64,000 bases of DNA from Camelus dromedarius (Eukaryota): the NCBI RefSeq assembly GCF_036321535.1, contig NC_087437.1, forward strand, positions 114,640,001 to 114,704,000, given 5' to 3'. Position numbers and translations under genes: made by a program. The notes beneath the pieces are model-generated. The model saw only the letters and a list, made by a program, of their open reading frames with translations, was not told the DNA's origin and made no database searches. This document shows, one piece after another, positions 1 to 12,155 of the stretch. How positions within the stretch are numbered: the first letter of the stretch is position 1; each line of letters opens with the position of its first letter.

Positions 1-697
1 CGGTCTACCCTTTTGGAATTTTTAATCATGTTTCTTGCATAAAACTGTTCTAAATCACGCTGGGTGTCCTGGAGAATATCAGACTGTCAGATTGTGTCAT
101 GACAGAGCAAAACAAAGTGAAACACAGACACTGCCTTGGGTGGGGCAAAGTGAGACACTTCCTGGTCTTCATTAGGGGAGCTCAGATGTGCTTCAAACCT
201 TTTTTCTCAAATTTATATTTTATTTTTTATTATTTTGTTCCAAGTTCAGCGTGCTGAGCCCATGAATACAATGAGATTAAAAATATTGTAATTATATCGT
301 AATTATAGCTCAAGGAATACCTTTAAAATTCTATAGTGTCTGAGTGAAATAAATAAGGAAGTTTAATTTCCCGTCTAATCATGTTTTTCCTTTCTGGTTA
401 GCACTTTAAATAGTAATTTTGAAAACATGGCCATTTTTTCCTTCCTAATACGTCTGTTTCCCAAGATATTTATTCTACATTTGTAGAAGAACATTTCTCT
501 TTCTCTCTTTTTTTTTTTGTATACATCATTTTTATTCAGTGTTTAAAATATATATAAAGATTATATTAAGCTTTCTGGCCAGTCATTTTGAGTTTCTGGC
601 TTCCTGAAAAACACAACCCAAACAATGAAACTTCCCTGGAAACGTCCCTGAGCTTATCTCACGGGAGAAAGGGTCTTGCCAAAACAAAGGCCGGGAT

Positions 698-737
698 GGA
701 GGCAGACAGAGGACGGCGGAGGCAGACAGAGGACGGC
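698..737. repeat. Perfect 20-bp tandem duplication (GGAGGCAGACAGAGGACGGC)x2
   Basis: Two identical adjacent copies at 698-717 and 718-737. Confidence 0.9.
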
Positions 738-1075
738 AGAGCCAGGGTGGCCCTCCCTGACCTGAGCCAGGGGCCGGCCCTGGCAGCTCTTGAGCAGCTG
801 GGAGGGGCATGAAGAGGAGTCAGGCACTTGCAGGCGCTGGAGGGTAAGACACAGTCGAAGGGGTTATTTTGCTAATTAAGGGTTAAAAACTCACACTTAG
901 GCGAGGCTGGACTGAGTCCCTGGGTCCTTTCAGGATTTGTTAAAAGGAGTCCCTTTGTTCTGTGCTCAGGAAAGAGTTTTCAGTTAGTCCAACGTGTGAA
1001 CAGCACTCAAGAGTTCACGGCCCTTGCGGCTCAGCCAGCAAGAGCAGTTGGGTGACACAGTGTTCGTTTCTCCTT

Positions 1076-1625
1076 TCTTTTTTGGCGGTAAACTACACAT
1101 AACATAAAATTTACCATTTAAACTATTTTTGAGTGTACAGTTCAGTGGTATTCAGTGTGTTTCGTTGTTATGCAACCATCACCACCATCCATTTCCAGAA
1201 CTTTTATGTCTTCCTGAGCTAGAAACTCCATATCCATTAACTACTCACTCCCCATTCCCCGTCTCCCCAGCCCCTGGTCACCACCAGGAACCTCATATAA
1301 GTAGAACCATACAAAATTTGTCTTTTTGTGTCAGGCTTATTTCACTTAGAACAGTACCTTCAAGATTCATGCGTGTGGTAGCCTGTGATTGTATTCCATT
1401 GAATATATAGACCCCATTTTGTTGATCCATTCATCCATTCGTGGGCCTTTGGTTGGTTTCCACCTTTTGACCATTGTGAATAATGCTGCAGCGAACGTGG
1501 GGGTGCAGATACCTGTTTGAGTCCCTGCTTTCAGTTCTTTTGGGTGTGCATCCAGAAGTGGAATTGGGAAACAAATCAAATGTTTAACATTTTGCACCCT
1601 TTTACATTCCCACCTGTGGTGCGCA
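1076..1625 (-). mobile_element. Old L1 (L1M-type) 3' end fragment
   Basis: Antisense L1 3'UTR (acataacataaaatttaccatt...) plus degraded ORF2 C-terminus (CTPTFAAALFTMVKRWKPTKGPRMDEWINKM). Confidence 0.85.
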
Positions 1626-2007
1626 GCACTCAGCGTTGAAACCTCCTAGGGCAGGTCTGGTCCAAGTAGAGTGTCGTCTTTTTCAGAAGCAGTGGCAGCT
1701 GTGGGCATCAGGCTTGACCCCACCTCTCAGAGAGGATGCAGCAGAATCCCTCCAGTTTCCTACCAGAAATGTGTTTGGGAGCCTGAAGTGGGCTGGCCAC
1801 GTTGACCAGGCGCTTTGCTCACGCCCAAGGGGGCTAGCTTGCAAATAGGGGAGCTTCTGAATCCAGGGTGTCTGACTGAAGAAAGCCACTGGGCTGAAGC
1901 AGCACATGGAGCTCTGAAATTGTAGCAGCCTGAGAGGAAATGAATCACTAGATAACTCTTGCCCTCTTTTAAAAAGTTTGCCTTAAAAATCATGGAGCTG
2001 TTCCCCT

Positions 2008-2517
2008 TGTAAATAAAAAATATTGCCTGCCATATCAGTAAACAAAGGATAACGGATGTTGCAGCCATCAAGCCATCACTTTGCAGCCATCCCAAAGGTG
2101 AGCCCTGAGGGAACTCAGGATGGAAACTGAATGCCTGGCCATCACGCCCTCAGCCACTGCAGCACCCCCGGCAGCACCCCCGGCAGTGCCCCAGAGGGGA
2201 CTCGGGTGTGGAAGAATGGGACACTGGCCCTAGACAGCTAGGTGCACATCGAAGGAATGATTTCAGTGAGCCCTGACTCTTACATCTTCCCATACATAGA
2301 AAAACGCTAAATTCCTTAACTTGAGATACCTGGTTTTCTTTAATAGTAAAGTCTTTGTTGCAAAAGCTCCCGTATATCCTGGCTCCTCCCCTACCTTTTC
2401 GGAGCAGTCCCTCAGAGCAATCTGAGAGGCTGTCTCCCTAGCTTGAAGTCCTCAGAAAGTCTGCCTAATAAAACATAATTCTCAACTTTTAGGTTGTGCC
2501 TTTTTTTTCAGTTGACA
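2008..2517 (+). mobile_element. ERV1-class solo LTR, 510 bp
   Basis: TG...CA termini, 4-bp TSD CCCT on both sides (2004-2007, 2518-2521), AATAAA at 2467-2472 near the right end. Confidence 0.85.
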
Positions 2518-3219
2518 CCCTTGTGGCCCATGGATTAATCCTCAGTGAGACAAAGGAAGAGTCTCAGGAAGGTAGAATTTGAGGTGCTGCTTGGTGCTGC
2601 TCACGTGGAAGGGGTTTTAAAATGGGGTCCACACCCCATTTCCCGTGTAGTTAAGTCACACTGTGGGAGGTGGAGTTCTGTCGAGGGGAATCCTTTGCTT
2701 CTAAAAGAGCTTTGGATCTGTTACATGGAAACGTTTTCACCCGGCTATTCTAATCTCCAGTCTTAGCCACCTGCAAAATGTTTCTTTAGAATTTTTTTCA
2801 TTAAATATCCTTTAAGAAGTAAGAATAATTTTTTCCCTTTAAATCTTAAATATTAATTACTATGTACCTTTTCCTTTATCATCTTAAAAGGAAATTTCAG
2901 GTTCTTCAGCTCCACCTCTCATTATATGCAGTTTCCCTTTGACTTCAGTGTCTCTCAGAATTCTCATCATATTTTGGGTCCACGGTTGATCTCACCTCCA
3001 AATATACAACAATTTGAGTTTTTCTTTTTCTAGGACAATATATTTCTCGACCTTTCTCATAAACACATCTGACTAGTGTCCTTGTTTGCTTTTGTGACAT
3101 AAAGGGCAATATTTACAAATGATTGGATTTCAGTCACTTCTTTTAAAATAAGGTGCATTTCTGTCTCCATCTTTAAATCTGGCGCTTAGTTTTCAGCTTG
3201 TCATTATACTAAGAGGAGA

Positions 3220-3420
3220 TGTCTGTTGATTACTTATGCTGTGGCAGGCACTGTGCTAATTTCTTTACGTGTGATGTCTCATCGGATGCTTGCAACTCCG
3301 TGCGGCATCATTATCCATTTGAAACCGCAGCCCAGAAAAATTAAAGAATATACCCAACAGATGACAGAACTGGAACTCCAGGCTGCGACCTGCAGGCTCA
3401 CAGACTTAAGCCAGGCATTA
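3220..3420. mobile_element. MIR SINE fragment
   Basis: MIR-like motifs (gattacttatgctgtggcaggcactgtgctaa...cagaactggaactcc); boundaries approximate. Confidence 0.55.
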
Positions 3421-4064
3421 TAATAGCCTCACTCTTGTGTGTTTGTTCAACCTCAGTTTTGAAGCATGTGGTAGGTGCCAGGCTCTATGGGAAGTGTGAT
3501 AACAAAATCATTATTACCCAGACACAGGGGAATCAGATGTCTTAACCAGTTCAAGGAGCAGGCTCGCAAATTCTGTCTGCCCAAATCCTGACTGTAGGTT
3601 TGATAAACCTGGTTCGTGATCTCTGGGTGTCTCTGCTCTACTTCTGAACCTGTGTGCTTCCATCTAACTTGCCAATCTGATGGGTAAAAAGGATGGCATT
3701 TCCTAGTAGTTTTAATTTGCATTTATTTTTAATCAGGAAGGATGAGTATCTTCTCATTTTTCTAAATGCTATCGGATTATATCTTTTGTTCTTGCGTTTT
3801 CAAGTCAGCTACTTTCATCTTCAGTGTACCTTTCGGTCAAGAGGCACTGACTCCCCGATTCAGACACACTGTATTTGCTTGGATTAACATGGGCAGCATA
3901 CAATGAACAATCCACTCCACATGTACTGGTCACTGGTTATGTTTCCTTTTCTAGTTAAATTAAGTGGAATGACAAATTTAAATGAGAAAGAAATAGCAAC
4001 CAGCCTCGTTCCTTTGAAATGAATGGTTGTGGTTCCTTGAAATCCCATTTATATGGGAAGAGAT

Positions 4065-4395
4065 GTATCAGTCAGCATAGGGAAGGTTCCATCATGGTAA
4101 CAAACAGTCCCCACACTCAGTGATTTTTACCACTTGATTGAGTTCTGCCTCGGGGTAGGTCAGCAAGTGGTTTCTGTTCTCTGTAATTTCTCAGGGACCC
4201 AGGCTGGGAGGGACTTCAGCTCAACCCACCTCTAGGGTGGGGAAGGAGAGCCCCATGGGTGAGTAGGAGTGACACATCATTCCACTCATCTCGCTGGCCA
4301 GAGTGAGTCATGCTGCCCCGCCTGTGCTCAAAAGGGCAGAGGACTGGGATGCTGCTACTGCCCAGCCCGGGGGGACCAGACACTTGTGAATCCCA
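4065..4395. mobile_element. MaLR LTR (MLT1-type), old
   Basis: tgtatcagtcag...gtaacaaacagtcccc start and tggccagagtgagtcatgctgccccgcct internal motif typical of MLT1. Confidence 0.6.
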
Positions 4396-6447
4396 GGTGA
4401 CCACCTTAGCAGCTGCAGCACAGCTTTTACACAGCACATAGCAAAAGTCCTTAGAATACACTAAGCAAAAATGAGATCATGACTTAAAAAGCAAAAGCCC
4501 TGCCTGACCGAAAGAACAGGTGAGCACAGAGTTTCGTTCTCCTCCTCTGGATTTGTGGAGAAAGCCCACCACCGCACCCACCTCCGCATTATCGATAAGC
4601 CAGGTGAGCCCCAGACATGGTTTCCAAAAGCTGCGTCTTCAGGACTGGCCAGCTGATCCTTGCTGAAGCTGGGTGATGGGTCCGTTGCTGTTCGACATGC
4701 TTTTCTGTATGTTTGAGAATGTCCGTAATGCACTGTTCCCTGTGAGTTTCCCACAATCATTTCCTCTCTGCCTGAGCGTCTCAGTTCTTATTTTCTGTTA
4801 CAGTGTGTATTTTTGGTCACCACTTCAATTTTCTGTTTGACATAAGCACATTAAAAAAAATTTTGTTGGCTTTTCCCTTTGTTTTAAGCTATCAGACTCT
4901 CTTAAATAATGTTTTAAGGTATTCCTTGATGACCTCTAGGTGTGGCTGGTTTTTTTAAGATACAGTTGCATTGAACTGAGAGTTCAGTTTGACCACATGC
5001 TCTGATGAAAAATATTACTTTCCCTCTCATCCCTCCATCTCCTGCAAACCTCAGTGTAGGTTTTAGAGGAGGATCGTTTTCTTTGCTCATAGAGAGAAAG
5101 CCATCACGGCCCTACGATCACACCGTCCGGGGACCAGCGGTTCTGACATGCGTGTCCTGTGACGTTGTCCCAGGATGCCTGTCTCGTGGGAGGCGGTGTG
5201 CAGAGTGCTGAGGACAGCAGAGGAAGGAGATAGGCCTGGCCAGCAGGTTGCTCACCGCCTGGGTCAGCCCTGAAGCAGGCGTCATTAGCACAGCAGAGTC
5301 AGTGACAGACGTGCACGCGGATCCCGGCAGGGCAGCAGCTAAATGAGTGTGCCCTGCCCGGAGCTGGGACCATTCTGCCTGCTGGGAGGGGCTGCTGAGC
5401 TAAGTCTCAAGTGAGGAACATTAGCACAGCGGAGGGGAGGGACGTCCTGGCTGAGGGCCAGTGAGGGGCGGGCTGGAGCTGCAGGTGGATCTGTGTTGTT
5501 AGAAAGTTTGAAGCCGAAGCATGAGAGATGGAGTGTGGGAACTGGGCAGAAATCACGCTATAGCAGCCTTTGAGTGGCTTTTTAAGAAGCATGGACTTTA
5601 CCCTGCTGGCTTTCTGTAAATATTTGTGCGAGTTGTATGGATTGTTCCACTGTAACGACGACACTTGGTATCATAAGATTGAGTCTCGAGGACCCACCCA
5701 GTGCCCTCCACGTGGTCACCTGCAGCCATGAGGGGCAGCATCCATCTGCTCATGCCCCTGGCAGTATTTCCTGGGTGCGGCAGGTGCCCAGGATGCTCTA
5801 GTGCAGACAAGGCCTATGTCCTGCTGGAGGAGGCCTGGCACGGGAGGACTGCCACTTGGTGCCAGCACGGTTCTGGTTTTCTCCTGTGGAGCCCACTGGT
5901 GAAGATGCCAGGAGTCACAGCCCAGAAGTGTGCCCCCTTCTTTTCTGCGGTGTCCCTCACTCAGAGCCACTCGGCTCTGATGCCAAGCTGGGAGAATGAT
6001 GGGGAGATCTAGGGCTTCCACGCACACAAACAAGAGTCTTTGTGGGGACAGGAGCTCTGTGTCCTGCTTAGTCTCATGTGTAGACCAGAGGCTTCCCCAG
6101 ACAGAACCACACAGCCCTCACTGGTCCATGGGCTTCCACGTGTGGCCAAGAAGCCGACCTGATTGTGACAAAATCCCTTTGGAGGAATGCAGGGTTTCCT
6201 CTGCCCTCAGCTCTGGTGCCTGCCTCATCTCCAGCATGGCTGGGGGCTTCCTGGCCCCCCGGCCCTGATGCTGGCTCGTGGTCCCCACCGCCTGCCCCCC
6301 GTGCTGTCCCTGTGTCCTCCTGTCCTGTCACTCCCGATCTCTTCCAGCCACACTGGGGCCTGCTGGTGTCCCCTCAGCCCCCGCAGATGGACTCTCCACC
6401 GTCAGCGTCACCGCCTCCTTCCTCACGTGTTTCTCCTTGTTTTCCAG

Positions 6448-6629
6448 GCTCTGCAGAGTAACCTGAGGTATTCCTTGTTGCCAAGACGGCTCCTTATCAG
6501 CAAGAGATTAGCTCAGTGCCTACATCCTGCTTTGCCCAGTGGTGTGCACTTAAAAGCCCTAGAAACCTATGAAATTATCTTTAAAATTGTGGGGACCAAA
6601 TGGCTGGCCAAGGATTTGTTCCTCTACAG
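6448..6629 (+). CDS. DOP1B: DOP1B coding exon (approx. exon 3), 182 nt, Dopey N-terminal domain
   Basis: tttccag|GCT...TACAG|gtacag; [60 protein letters not shown]. Confidence 0.96.
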
Positions 6630-7007
6630 GTACAGTAGCTGCCCCACCACATTCCTTTTTTATTACCTGAGTAATCCACATTTCAGTTCCCAAGATAAGA
6701 CAGTGATAAACAAGAAACATACAGCGGGCATGTAGAATGGCTCCCTATAAATCCATCACAGGAGGAAACCAGAGCTCACCTTCTGGAGTGTGTCCTGCCT
6801 GACTTTTCTTTAAGTTGGAGTGTCCTGTCCAGACCTGTCCCCTGTGCTGTGCTCAAGGCACGCTGTGACCGTCTCATGACGAGCAGGCATCTCCATCACC
6901 AGCTTAGATGGCTGGCTGGCTGTTTCAAAGACCCCATTGGGCTGGCTGATCATTTGGAGCTTCCAAGCAGGTGTCTCATTATCCCCTCCTCTTCTTCTGT
7001 CCCCAAG

Positions 7008-7178
7008 CTGTGGGTTGTTCCCTCTGCTGGCGCATGCAGCCATGTCGGTGCGGCCCGTGCTGCTCGGCCTTTACGAGAAGTACTTCCTCCCGCTGCAGAA
7101 GCTGCTGCTGCCCAGTCTCCAGGCCTTCATCGTCGGCCTGCTGCCCGGCCTCGAGGAGGGCTCGGAGATCTACGACAG
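7008..7178 (+). CDS. DOP1B: DOP1B coding exon (approx. exon 4), 171 nt
   Basis: ccccaag|C...GACAG|gtgggt; [56 protein letters not shown]. Confidence 0.95.
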
Positions 7179-8404
7179 GTGGGTCTCGTCCAGAGCTCAC
7201 GGCCGTGCCCGTCCAGGTGGGCGCGCCGCGTGGCTCGGGTTGCATTCCGCCGCTTTATGAGAAACGGGGAAGAAGTGCAGAGACGTGCGGGGGAGCAGGA
7301 CAGGTGCAGGAGTCGAGGTGATGCTTACATTTCTGTGCTGGGCTCCGCCTGGCACAGTACCCGGTGCCCCTGGGAACTCCCTCCGTGTCCAGGTGAGGGT
7401 CAGGAGGCAGGAAATTTCCCAGAGTCGCACCGACAGTGGGTGGCAGAGATGGGATTCCACCCCCGTGTCAGCTTCTGAAGTCCTCCTCCTTCCTGTTACA
7501 CTAGGCTGCTTCCAAATAAAAGGGCGTGGCCAAGTTCCAGTGGCAGGTAGGGCACAGAACGGTGTGCAGCTAAGGATAGCTTGACAAGTTTCAGTAGCAC
7601 CTTGGAGAAATTTGTAAATCTCACACAGTAGTATTTATCTGTTTGTTTCGGTCACTGCTTAGGTCCAGGAGAAAGCTGGTATCCATTCAGACAACTGAGG
7701 ATACAGAATGTCCTGTTTTTCTGGAGAATTACAGTGCAGGAACTCACTTCCCATGTATTAACCATTCTAAGTGATGCCACAGTGACTAACTTCAGTTCAT
7801 AGGACCTGTTTTCAGAGCCCACGCACAGCCTGACTGGAGGTTTAGGAACCTTTGTGCTTGCGAAAGTTTCCATCTGGTTACACAAGGCACTGCTCTTCCC
7901 GCCAGAGGCCCCAGCCACACCACCTTTGCCTGTTGGGTTGGCTGTGACTAGGGGGGTGGGGGGGCAGGGGGTGTGGAGTGGAACTGAAGGATCAGTCCAG
8001 GGTCTAGTCAGAACGATCCCCTCAGGGAAACCAAATGGTCAGAATGGTTTGCAGGATTGTCACTGGTGACCAAGGACGCATGCACATCACGAGCATGTGT
8101 GCTGGGATTTGATGTGCACTTGGGCCATTTCAGGCTTTCACACAGAGCAGGTGGTGGCTCTTGACTTCCCAGTGGGGAGGGAGTCCACCTCAGCAGTGCA
8201 CTCAGTCACCAGGATCCACTTCCCTGGGAGGCAGGGCCTGTCTCTGGACCAGGACCGTGCTCTGCGAGGCTGGGTAGGTGTGTGGGTTAAGGAACGGTCA
8301 AGGTCACCTGGGGTCAGCAAGAAGACCATTACCAGACTCTGTCTCTTGATTCCTGGTCTTAGGCCCTTTGTAGAAGTTCTGGTCCACTTATATTTTCCTA
8401 ACAA

Positions 8405-8430
8405 GTGTATGTGTGTGTGTGTGTGTGTGT
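8405..8430. repeat. (GT)n microsatellite
   Basis: gtgtat followed by (gt)10. Confidence 0.95.
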
Positions 8431-9329
8431 AAATACTTTTCTCCTCGTCTGAAGTTGAACACATCAGTTCCTAAAGTGTTTTGCAGGTTTTAAATCTGCA
8501 AGAGTGAATCACACCAGAAGTGTGTCAATAGCAGTGTGTTTCTGTGTGTTCTCTTAGTTGATAAATGAGTGTTCATTTGAACAGTTGCTGAAGTTGCTTA
8601 ACACAAGTGTTTTCTCCTAACATTGTGATTTCTTGACGTTGAACCAAGAGCTGAGTAAAGCTGCATGAATCACTGAGTAGATGCAGCTGTGACAGAAAAC
8701 CCAGTCCAGCGTCTGCAGCTCTCAGAAGCTGTTAGTGACAAGCTTTCCGAGGCAGAGGCCAGTCAAGGGTTGTGTAGCCTGAGCGCACCTGTACGGGCAA
8801 CAGCAGTTAGGTGACTGCATGTATCCGTGTTAGTTTGAGAGAGTTTGGCAACAGTTTCTTCCCCAATGTGCTTAGGAATTGAGTCAGACCCCACACACCG
8901 CCCCCAGCAAATACTGCGCAGAGAGACAGGAAGGGAGAGCCTGGGGCGGGGGTCACAATGGCCAGGTTGGTGGAGGATGCTCGGGTTGGTGAGGCGGGTG
9001 ATTCACGAGTTTCGTGGAGGCGGGGACTGTTCCTGGTCTGTGCTTATTAGTGAACCGTAAGGAATGGAAATTTTGGCCAGTGTTAGGACTCATGATTCAT
9101 TCACCCTGGCTTTCTAACCCTTTGATGCCTGAGAATCACTGCCTGCCAGAATTCCTTCTTTAAAGTGCCCTAGAAGTAGCCACATGGCTTTCGTGTTTTG
9201 CTGTACTGAGAAAACAGGATTAGCTGGGGCAGGTGGACACTCACCTCCTATTCTAAGAGGACGGAGGAGAGAGAGGTGGTTGTTTTCAGTGGTCAGTAAG
9301 CAGGCAGAACCAGCTCACCAGAGATTTCT

Positions 9330-9527
9330 GTGATTTTTGTCCCCCAGGGGACATTTGGCAATATCTGGGCACATTTTTGGTTGTTATAACTGGGGCAGGG
9401 AGGGTGCTGCTGGCATCATGGGAAGGTGCACGAGGGATGAGGCTAAACACCCTTCAACGCACACGTTTGTCTCACAGCAGAGGATCCAGCCCCAGGTGGT
9501 AACAGTGTCAAGGCTGAGAAACCCTGA
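9330..9527. mobile_element. MER20 (hAT-Charlie) DNA transposon
   Basis: gatttttgtcccccaggggacatttggcaatatctgggcacatttttggttg...aggctgagaaaccctg matches recalled MER20 consensus. Confidence 0.85.
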
Positions 9528-10889
9528 TTTAAATAGTAGTTGAAAAGTGCTTATTGACCTTTCTTTCTGTTGATGCCAGGCACCATGATGAACTCTGCTA
9601 GTTATAGAATTTTTTGCTGCTTATTTGGCATCTGTCTGTCAGTGATGGTGCAGGGCGCTGTTGTCACATCCCTGCTCATTCAGATGATCACACACCAGGC
9701 TGTTCAGTCTCGTGACAGCTCGGCAAGTGGCCGCACAGCCAGAGTTGTGAGATGCTTGGGACTAAAGGCCCGTGTCACTCACTTCCGTCAGTTGAGCAGA
9801 GAAGAGTGTCCGTTTTGGTAGAGTGAGCTTGTGTTTGCAGGGGGCACAGGAGAGCAGCGGCCAGCGTGGCCAAGGAAGGATGGAGAGAGTGGAGGTTGGG
9901 GTTTGGTGTGTCTCTTTTGTTTTGGGTTGTAGGGTGGTTTTGTTTTTCTTTTGGTTGTTAGTTTTGAATAGAAAAGATTACCATTCTGGATGCTAAACTG
10001 AGCACACGTAATTTGGAATTTCACAACTGAGATGATGTAATTCTTCTGTAGTAGAAGTTTAGCTTCTAACCCCAGTTATCTTGCTGTTTACTCTGCTCTC
10101 CATAGCAGTCCTGTCATAATTGCCATTTTCTGAACTGTAGTATCATTTCAGTTTTTAATATCCATTAATATTTTAGGATAAAATAGGACTTTGTCTGTTT
10201 ATTTAACGCTGCATTTCTTTCATAAAGAAAACCAGCCAGTGCTCTCTGACTCCTGAAGGAGGGAAAGTGTAAGGGGTGTCCCCAGGCTCTTTGACAGCGG
10301 AACCACTCCTGTGGAACAGCTCAAGTGGCCGGTGTTCCATGGGACGTACTTTGGGAATACGCTGTCCTAAGCAAGGGGGACGTGATAGCAGCGTGAGCAC
10401 TAAGGTGTCTGCGCTGGGTTTTATCTAAGTGTTGGTGTTCTTGTGATAGGGATCCTGGAGAGAGAGGATCATTCCAGGGACTTCCTAAGTTACTCTGTTG
10501 CTGTGGGAATCTTCCTAGCTCAGGACCATCCGGTCTGTCCAGGGGACACAGGGATCCACCTGCCCGATTTACGACAACTGCTGATTGGAACTTCTGCCCA
10601 AAATTAGGGCCTTTGGTTGTTTTCAGAGCTGGGCAGAGATAAGCTCCATTTGTTTGCTCAGCCTTGATAGGAGACCAGTTGATACCTTTAACCACTAAAC
10701 CATGTCCTTGTCCTAAACGTTTGGCTGTCCCTCCTGCTTCTCCATTTCGTTTGTTCTGAAAAGATGATACTCTGCGTCATTGGCTACAAATGTTTTATGA
10801 GTCCAAATGGTCCAGACTAGCTTTAAAAAGAACAAAATTCATTTTTAATATCAAAAAGTAGTTGACATTTTTTTTGTATGCAGTGTTTT

Positions 10890-12155
10890 TTTAACATTTT
10901 TTATTGATTTATAATCATTTTAAAATGTTGTGTCAAATTCCAGTGTTCAGCACAATTTTTCAGTCATTCATGGACATATACACACTCATTGTCACATTTT
11001 TTTCTCTGTGAGTTATCATAACATTTTGTGTATATTTCCCTGTGCTATACAGTGTAATCCTGTTTATCTATTCTACAATTTTGAAATCCCAGTCTGTCCC
11101 TTCCCACCCTCCGCCCACCTGGCAACCATAAGACTGTATTCTCTGTCTATGAGTCTATTTCTGTCCTGTATATGCTTTGTTTTTGTTTTTGTTTTTTAGA
11201 TTCCACATATGAGCGATCTCATATGGTATTTTTCTTTCTCTTTCTGGCCTACTTCACTTAGAATGACATTCTCCAGGAGCATCCATGTTGCTGCAGACAG
11301 CGTTATGTTGTCGGTTTTTACGGCTGAGTAGTATTCCATTGTATAAATATACCAAATCTTCTTCATCCAGTCACCTGTTGATGGACATTTAGGCTGTTTC
11401 CATGTTTTGGCTATTGTAAATAGTGCTGCTATGAACACTGGGGTGCAGGTGTCATCCTGAAGTAGATTTCCTTCTGGATACAAGCCCAGGAGTGGGATTC
11501 CTGGGTCATATGGTAAGTCTATTCCTAGTCTTTTGAGGAATCTCCACACTGTTTTCCATAGTGGCTGCACCAAACTGCATTCCCACCAGCAGTGTAGGAG
11601 GGTTCCCCTTTCTCCACAGCCTCTCCAGCATTTGTCATTTGTGGATTTTTGAATGACGGCCATTCTGACTGGTGTGAGGTGATACCTCATTGTAGTTTTG
11701 ATTTGCATTTCTCTGATAATTAGTGATATTGAGCATTTTTTCATGTGCTTTTTGATCATTTGTATGTCTTCCTTGGAGAATTGCTTGTTTAGGTCTTCTG
11801 CCCATTTTTGGATTGGGTTGTTTATTTTTTTCTTATTGAGTCGTATGAGCTGCTTATATATCCTGGAGATCAAGCCTTTGTCGGTTTCACTTGCAAAAAT
11901 TTTCTCCCATTCCGTAGGTTTTCTTGTTTTACTTCTGGTTTCCTTTGCTGTGCAGAAGCTTGTAAGTTTCATTAGGTCCCATTTGTTTATTCTTGCTTTT
12001 ATTTCTTCTAGGAGAAAATTTTTGAAATGTATGTCAGATAATGTTTTGCCTATGTTTTCCTCTAGGAGGTTTATTGTATCTTGTCTTATGTTTAAGTCTT
12101 TAATCCATTTTGAGTTGATTTTTGTATATGGTGTAAGGGAGTGTTCTAGCTTCAT
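10890..12155 (-). mobile_element. Young 5'-truncated L1 (camelid type) with open ORF2 C-terminus
   Basis: ORF 11196-12155 (319 aa) is L1 ORF2p C-terminus with CCHC motif [19 protein letters not shown]-rich tail at left; TSD TGCAGTGTTTT at 10879-10889 and 12156-12166. Confidence 0.96.

Noticed and set aside
1..6447. DOP1B start-codon exon or promoter
   Set aside because: No sequence encoding the expected MDPEEQELL...GKLNK N-terminus and no promoter CpG island found; it must lie upstream of the window
7950..7982. G-rich tract with G-quadruplex potential, also near 28163 and 57823
   Set aside because: Common in GC-rich introns and nothing here supports function
11196..12155. 319-aa ORF as a host gene
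   Set aside because: It is the L1 ORF2p C-terminus inside a TSD-bounded 5'-truncated insertion
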